This document shows positions 32,759 to 35,572 of a DNA stretch of 35,572 nucleotides, piece after piece (the first letter of the stretch is position 1; each line of letters starts with the position of its first letter). The translations under genes were made by a program, and so were the position numbers. Below the pieces are notes generated by a model that was not told the DNA's origin, searched no databases, and saw only the letters and a program-made list of their open reading frames with translations. The stretch is from the IMG/VR virus record IMGVR_UViG_3300035698_019136, positions 1-35,572 of that record. One strand, 5' to 3'. This DNA comes from a virus (taxonomy: Duplodnaviria > Heunggongvirae > Uroviricota > Caudoviricetes).

Positions 32759-33205
32759 ATGAAGTTGATGAGTATTAATAACAAAGAAAGACTTAATGAG
32801 TGGCAACATTGTAATATATATGAATCAGCAGAAATAGGAGAGGGAACTACAATAGGAGCTTTTGTAGAGATAGGGAAAAATGTGAAGATAGGGAAGAATT
32901 GTAAGATACAAGCATTTGTTTTTATTCCTGAAGGAGTTACTATAGGAGATAATGTTTTTATTGGTCCACATGTTTGTTTCACTAATTGCACTTATCCAGA
33001 AGTAAATAGAAAAGAGCCTTTTGAAGCAGAAGAAACTATAGTAGGATATAATATAGTTATAGGAGCTGGGTGTATTATTCTTCCTAGATGTAATATAGGA
33101 GATGGGGCTTTTATTGGAGCAGGAGCATTAATCAGTAAAAGAGTTCCTGATAATGCTAGGGTTGTACAAAAGAGAAAAACTTGTATGGAGGAGTGCAGAG
33201 GATGA
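32759..33205 (+). CDS. Left-handed beta-helix (hexapeptide) acyltransferase, WbpD/FdtC-like sugar N-acetyltransferase family
   Basis: IGEGTTIGAFVEIGKNVKIGKNCKIQAFVFIPEGVTIGDNVFIGPHV.FTN..YP...IGAG. Confidence 0.88.
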   Translation: MKLMSINNKERLNEWQHCNIYESAEIGEGTTIGAFVEIGKNVKIGKNCKIQAFVFIPEGVTIGDNVFIGPHVCFTNCTYPEVNRKEPFEAEETIVGYNIVIGAGCIILPRCNIGDGAFIGAGALISKRVPDNARVVQKRKTCMEECRG

Positions 33206-33465
33206 GAGAATTTAGTATTAAAATATCTAAAGTATCTAATGGGTATACTCTCCAACCACTAGGTGAAGATTATAAGGATGATGGGATAACAGTATATCAA
33301 CAAAATGATTCAAATGAATTTGGGGAATTGGGAGCTATGTTTGAGGTATTGTATGAAGTGATTCAATACTTTGGGGTATATGGTTCTAAACATGATGAAA
33401 AGAGATTAAGAGTTATAATAGTCAATCGAGATGGAGAGGAAATAGATATTAAAGGGGGGATTTGA
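33202..33465 (+). CDS. Hypothetical protein
   Basis: ATG 33202, ATGA overlap. Confidence 0.6.
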   Translation: MREFSIKISKVSNGYTLQPLGEDYKDDGITVYQQNDSNEFGELGAMFEVLYEVIQYFGVYGSKHDEKRLRVIIVNRDGEEIDIKGGI

Positions 33466-33654
33466 ATGGCTGTAAAAACAATATATATTTGTGATAATTG
33501 TGGGGAGACTATTTTAGATCCTTTACAGATAATAACAGCAATTAGAATGGGTGGTGCAAGTTTATATGGGGATGAAGGTGGTGATTCATTTGATTTTTGT
33601 AGTATAGTTTGTTTTGAAGAAAAACATTTAACTATGTTGAATAATAATGATTAA
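33466..33654 (+). CDS. Small Zn-finger hypothetical protein
   Basis: ICDNCG...FCSIVC. Confidence 0.6.
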   Translation: MAVKTIYICDNCGETILDPLQIITAIRMGGASLYGDEGGDSFDFCSIVCFEEKHLTMLNNND

Positions 33655-34747
33655 TAAACTCCGTATAATAAATTATCAAAGCTGGAAAGATTCAATTTTT
33701 GAGTTTACTAAAGGGATCAATGTAATAATAGGTTCTAGTGATGCAGGGAAGTCTGCAATAATTAGAGCTATTAGAAAATTAGTTTTCAATAGACCTCTCG
33801 GAGATTCTTTTATTAGGAAGGGGGCTAAAGAGTGCATTATAGAAATGGAGACAGATAATGGTAGAGCAAAGCGAGTCATTGGTGAAGATTCTTATTACAA
33901 AATTAATGATAGTATGTATCGCTCCGTTGGAACTGATGTGCCTGATACTATTGATGATGTTTTATGTATCAGTGATATTAATTTGCAAAGGCAGTTGGAC
34001 AAGCACTTTTTGGTGTTGGGAACAGGTGGTGAAATTGCGTCAAAACTTAATGAAGTTCTTAAAATTAATGAGATAGATTCTAGTATTACTTACTGTGCTA
34101 AACGGATTAAGAGTTTTGATAAAGAAGCTGCTCTGCTCCAAAATCAGTATAAAGTAAAAAAGGAAGAACTAGAAAAATATGATGGATTAGATGAATTAAT
34201 AAAGGAGATAAATGATTGGCAGAAAGGAGTATTAGAAAGGGAATCAGTAAGAACCAGATTAGATAATGTTCATTATTTAATAGTTGATATTTTAGAAGTG
34301 GATGATAAAATAGAAGAACTAAAAGGGCTAGACATAGTTATTGAATTAGCAAAAGATGTAGAAAAGTTGGCTGATAATTGGGATAAGATGCAGAATAAAA
34401 AACAAAAGATTGTACAGATAAGATATGAATTGAACAATGGGAATAAGGAATTAAATGGATTAAAAGAATTGCCTGCTATAGAAAATTTAATTGGTATTAT
34501 GAATAATATAATGGGGGAATATACTAAGATTAGAAAAAGAGGTGGGGATATAGTAACTGTTTTAACAGGTATAGAGCAGATTGAAGTTGCATCACTTTCT
34601 TATGATATACAAATAAGCAAGTTAAAGAAAGAGAGAAAAGGTAAAGAGGAAGAATATGAAAAAGTATTAAAAGATATGAAAGCTTGTCCATTTTGTAAGA
34701 GACCTATTACAGTAGAAGTTAGTAAAAAACTTATATCTAATTTATAA
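33647..34747 (+). CDS. sbcC: SbcC/Rad50/gp46-like ATPase, N-terminal half only (Walker A to Zn hook)
   Basis: NYQSW, IIGSSDAGKS, Q-loop, coiled coil, CPFC hook, then stop; no signature/Walker B half. Confidence 0.8.
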   Translation: MINKLRIINYQSWKDSIFEFTKGINVIIGSSDAGKSAIIRAIRKLVFNRPLGDSFIRKGAKECIIEMETDNGRAKRVIGEDSYYKINDSMYRSVGTDVPDTIDDVLCISDINLQRQLDKHFLVLGTGGEIASKLNEVLKINEIDSSITYCAKRIKSFDKEAALLQNQYKVKKEELEKYDGLDELIKEINDWQKGVLERESVRTRLDNVHYLIVDILEVDDKIEELKGLDIVIELAKDVEKLADNWDKMQNKKQKIVQIRYELNNGNKELNGLKELPAIENLIGIMNNIMGEYTKIRKRGGDIVTVLTGIEQIEVASLSYDIQISKLKKERKGKEEEYEKVLKDMKACPFCKRPITVEVSKKLISNL

Positions 34748-34762
34748 AAAGGAGGAAACAAA

Positions 34763-35143
34763 ATGAATGATACACAAATGAGCAAGGCGATGGATTTATT
34801 AGAGGGCTTAGCTATAAAACTAGGGGTTACTGCTGACTACCTTTGGGAGATTTTGATTAGACAAGCCTATATCAATGCAATAATGATTACAATACAGGAA
34901 ATTTTTATTGTTGTAGTTGGCATAGTGTTGTGGAAGGTACATAAGTTTTTATCCTCAGAAGAGGGCAGAGATAAATCAAGATATAGCGAATATGAAGAGC
35001 TTGCGGGGCTTCCCATGATAATATCTGGAATGATATTTGCCATCTTAGTGATTTGTGGATTCTTTTGTCTTGGCCAAATCGCCACAGGCTTTATTAACCC
35101 AGAGTATTATGCCCTCAATAAAATATTAAGTATTTTAAATTAA
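34763..35143 (+). CDS. Membrane protein (2 TM), hypothetical
   Basis: RBS AAGGAGG; LA.KLG.T...LW..L..QA motif and two hydrophobic segments. Confidence 0.7.
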   Translation: MNDTQMSKAMDLLEGLAIKLGVTADYLWEILIRQAYINAIMITIQEIFIVVVGIVLWKVHKFLSSEEGRDKSRYSEYEELAGLPMIISGMIFAILVICGFFCLGQIATGFINPEYYALNKILSILN

Positions 35144-35166
35144 GGTGAATTTATAGAGGGAGAAAA

Positions 35167-35572
35167 ATGAAAAGTAAAATTTTAAGAAGTCTTTTGTTAG
35201 TCGTTATGATTATTTCTATTCAGCATAATATAGTTTCTGCTAGTATATTTGATTTGATAGGAGATTTACCAAAAATCAATTGGAAGATTCCTGGTCCATC
35301 TGATATAGTATTATGGGTTCCATCTGATGAAAAAATATTGGCTATTCTTTTGTTGTGTACTGATTATCCTGTATATCATATAGATATAATAGGATTGAAT
35401 TATGAGTTGATAACTTCCGCTCCTCCAGATGGTTGTGGGCATACAAGTAGTTGGAGATTCGGCAAAGATCAGATAGGATGTATTATAATAAGGAAGAAGG
35501 ATACTACTATATTTGAACAGATGAAGGCTTTGATATGGGCATACTCATTGAAATGTAAGTATGATTGGATTA
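35167..35572 (+). CDS. Signal-peptide-bearing hypothetical protein (3' end outside window)
   Basis: ATG 35167 after GGGAG; open to window end; MKSKILRSLLLVVMIISIQ... Confidence 0.7.
   Translation, partial: MKSKILRSLLLVVMIISIQHNIVSASIFDLIGDLPKINWKIPGPSDIVLWVPSDEKILAILLLCTDYPVYHIDIIGLNYELITSAPPDGCGHTSSWRFGKDQIGCIIIRKKDTTIFEQMKALIWAYSLKCKYDWI

Larger units (their letters stand above)
1..35572 (+). mobile_element. Tailed dsDNA bacteriophage genome segment (end of structural module, accessory region, replication/recombination module)
   Basis: Dense co-oriented + strand genes with overlapping ATGA stop/starts; phage-type replisome (primase, helicase, family A polymerase, gp32/UvsY/RecA-like), YopX, HNH, many small hypotheticals; no host housekeeping operons. 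Confidence 0.95.

Noticed and set aside
1530-35085. All minus-strand ORFs and short alternative-frame + ORFs in the track (e.g. 1534, 33858)
   Set aside because: They overlap motif-bearing + strand genes, lack RBSs and show Ile/Phe/Ser-rich antisense composition
1-35572. Genome-wide stop-codon reassignment (TAG or TGA)
   Set aside because: Large conserved genes are intact under code 11; TAG and TGA terminate many genes at sensible positions, TGA often in ATGA overlaps; only isolated interruptions were found
1-35572. Retron, DGR, integron or transposon as cause of the repeats
   Set aside because: No reverse transcriptase, integrase or transposase motifs; repeats lack adenine-specific mismatches and share no common attC-like core

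Overview
A 35.6 kb, AT-rich segment of a tailed dsDNA bacteriophage. Every credible gene is on the + strand, and the sigma70-type promoters and AGGAGG ribosome-binding sites point to a bacterial host. The window opens at the end of a likely virion module: a Ser/Pro-repeat protein the ORF track reads in the wrong frame, then a BppU-like protein. An accessory region (~1.1-15.5 kb) follows. It holds a metallophosphoesterase, a candidate structured RNA, a nucleotidyltransferase + HD-domain pair, a papain-like protease, SLOG, a 5'-3' exonuclease, YopX, RHH/HTH regulators, an O-like replication initiator and expanded Cys-rich paralog families. The rest is a replication/recombination module: DnaB-like helicase, three methyltransferases, SNF2 helicase, HNH, primase, UDG-fused family A polymerase, an internally deleted DnaX-like gene, UvsY/gp32/RecA-like genes, class II RNR, Hjc-like resolvase, HAD, an LbH acyltransferase and a half SbcC. 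The most unusual signals are (1) many genes bracketed by 18-47 bp direct repeats made of stop/RBS/start or promoter sequence, suggesting cassette-style gene turnover; (2) a promoter family with a conserved TATA(G/A)GGTGG element near +1; (3) a four-helix candidate ncRNA upstream of the NTase-HD pair; (4) an RNR whose UGA stop sits where a second tail cysteine could lie; and (5) a mini-DnaX lacking its AAA+ core. Family assignments come from motif recognition by eye; no database searches were run.
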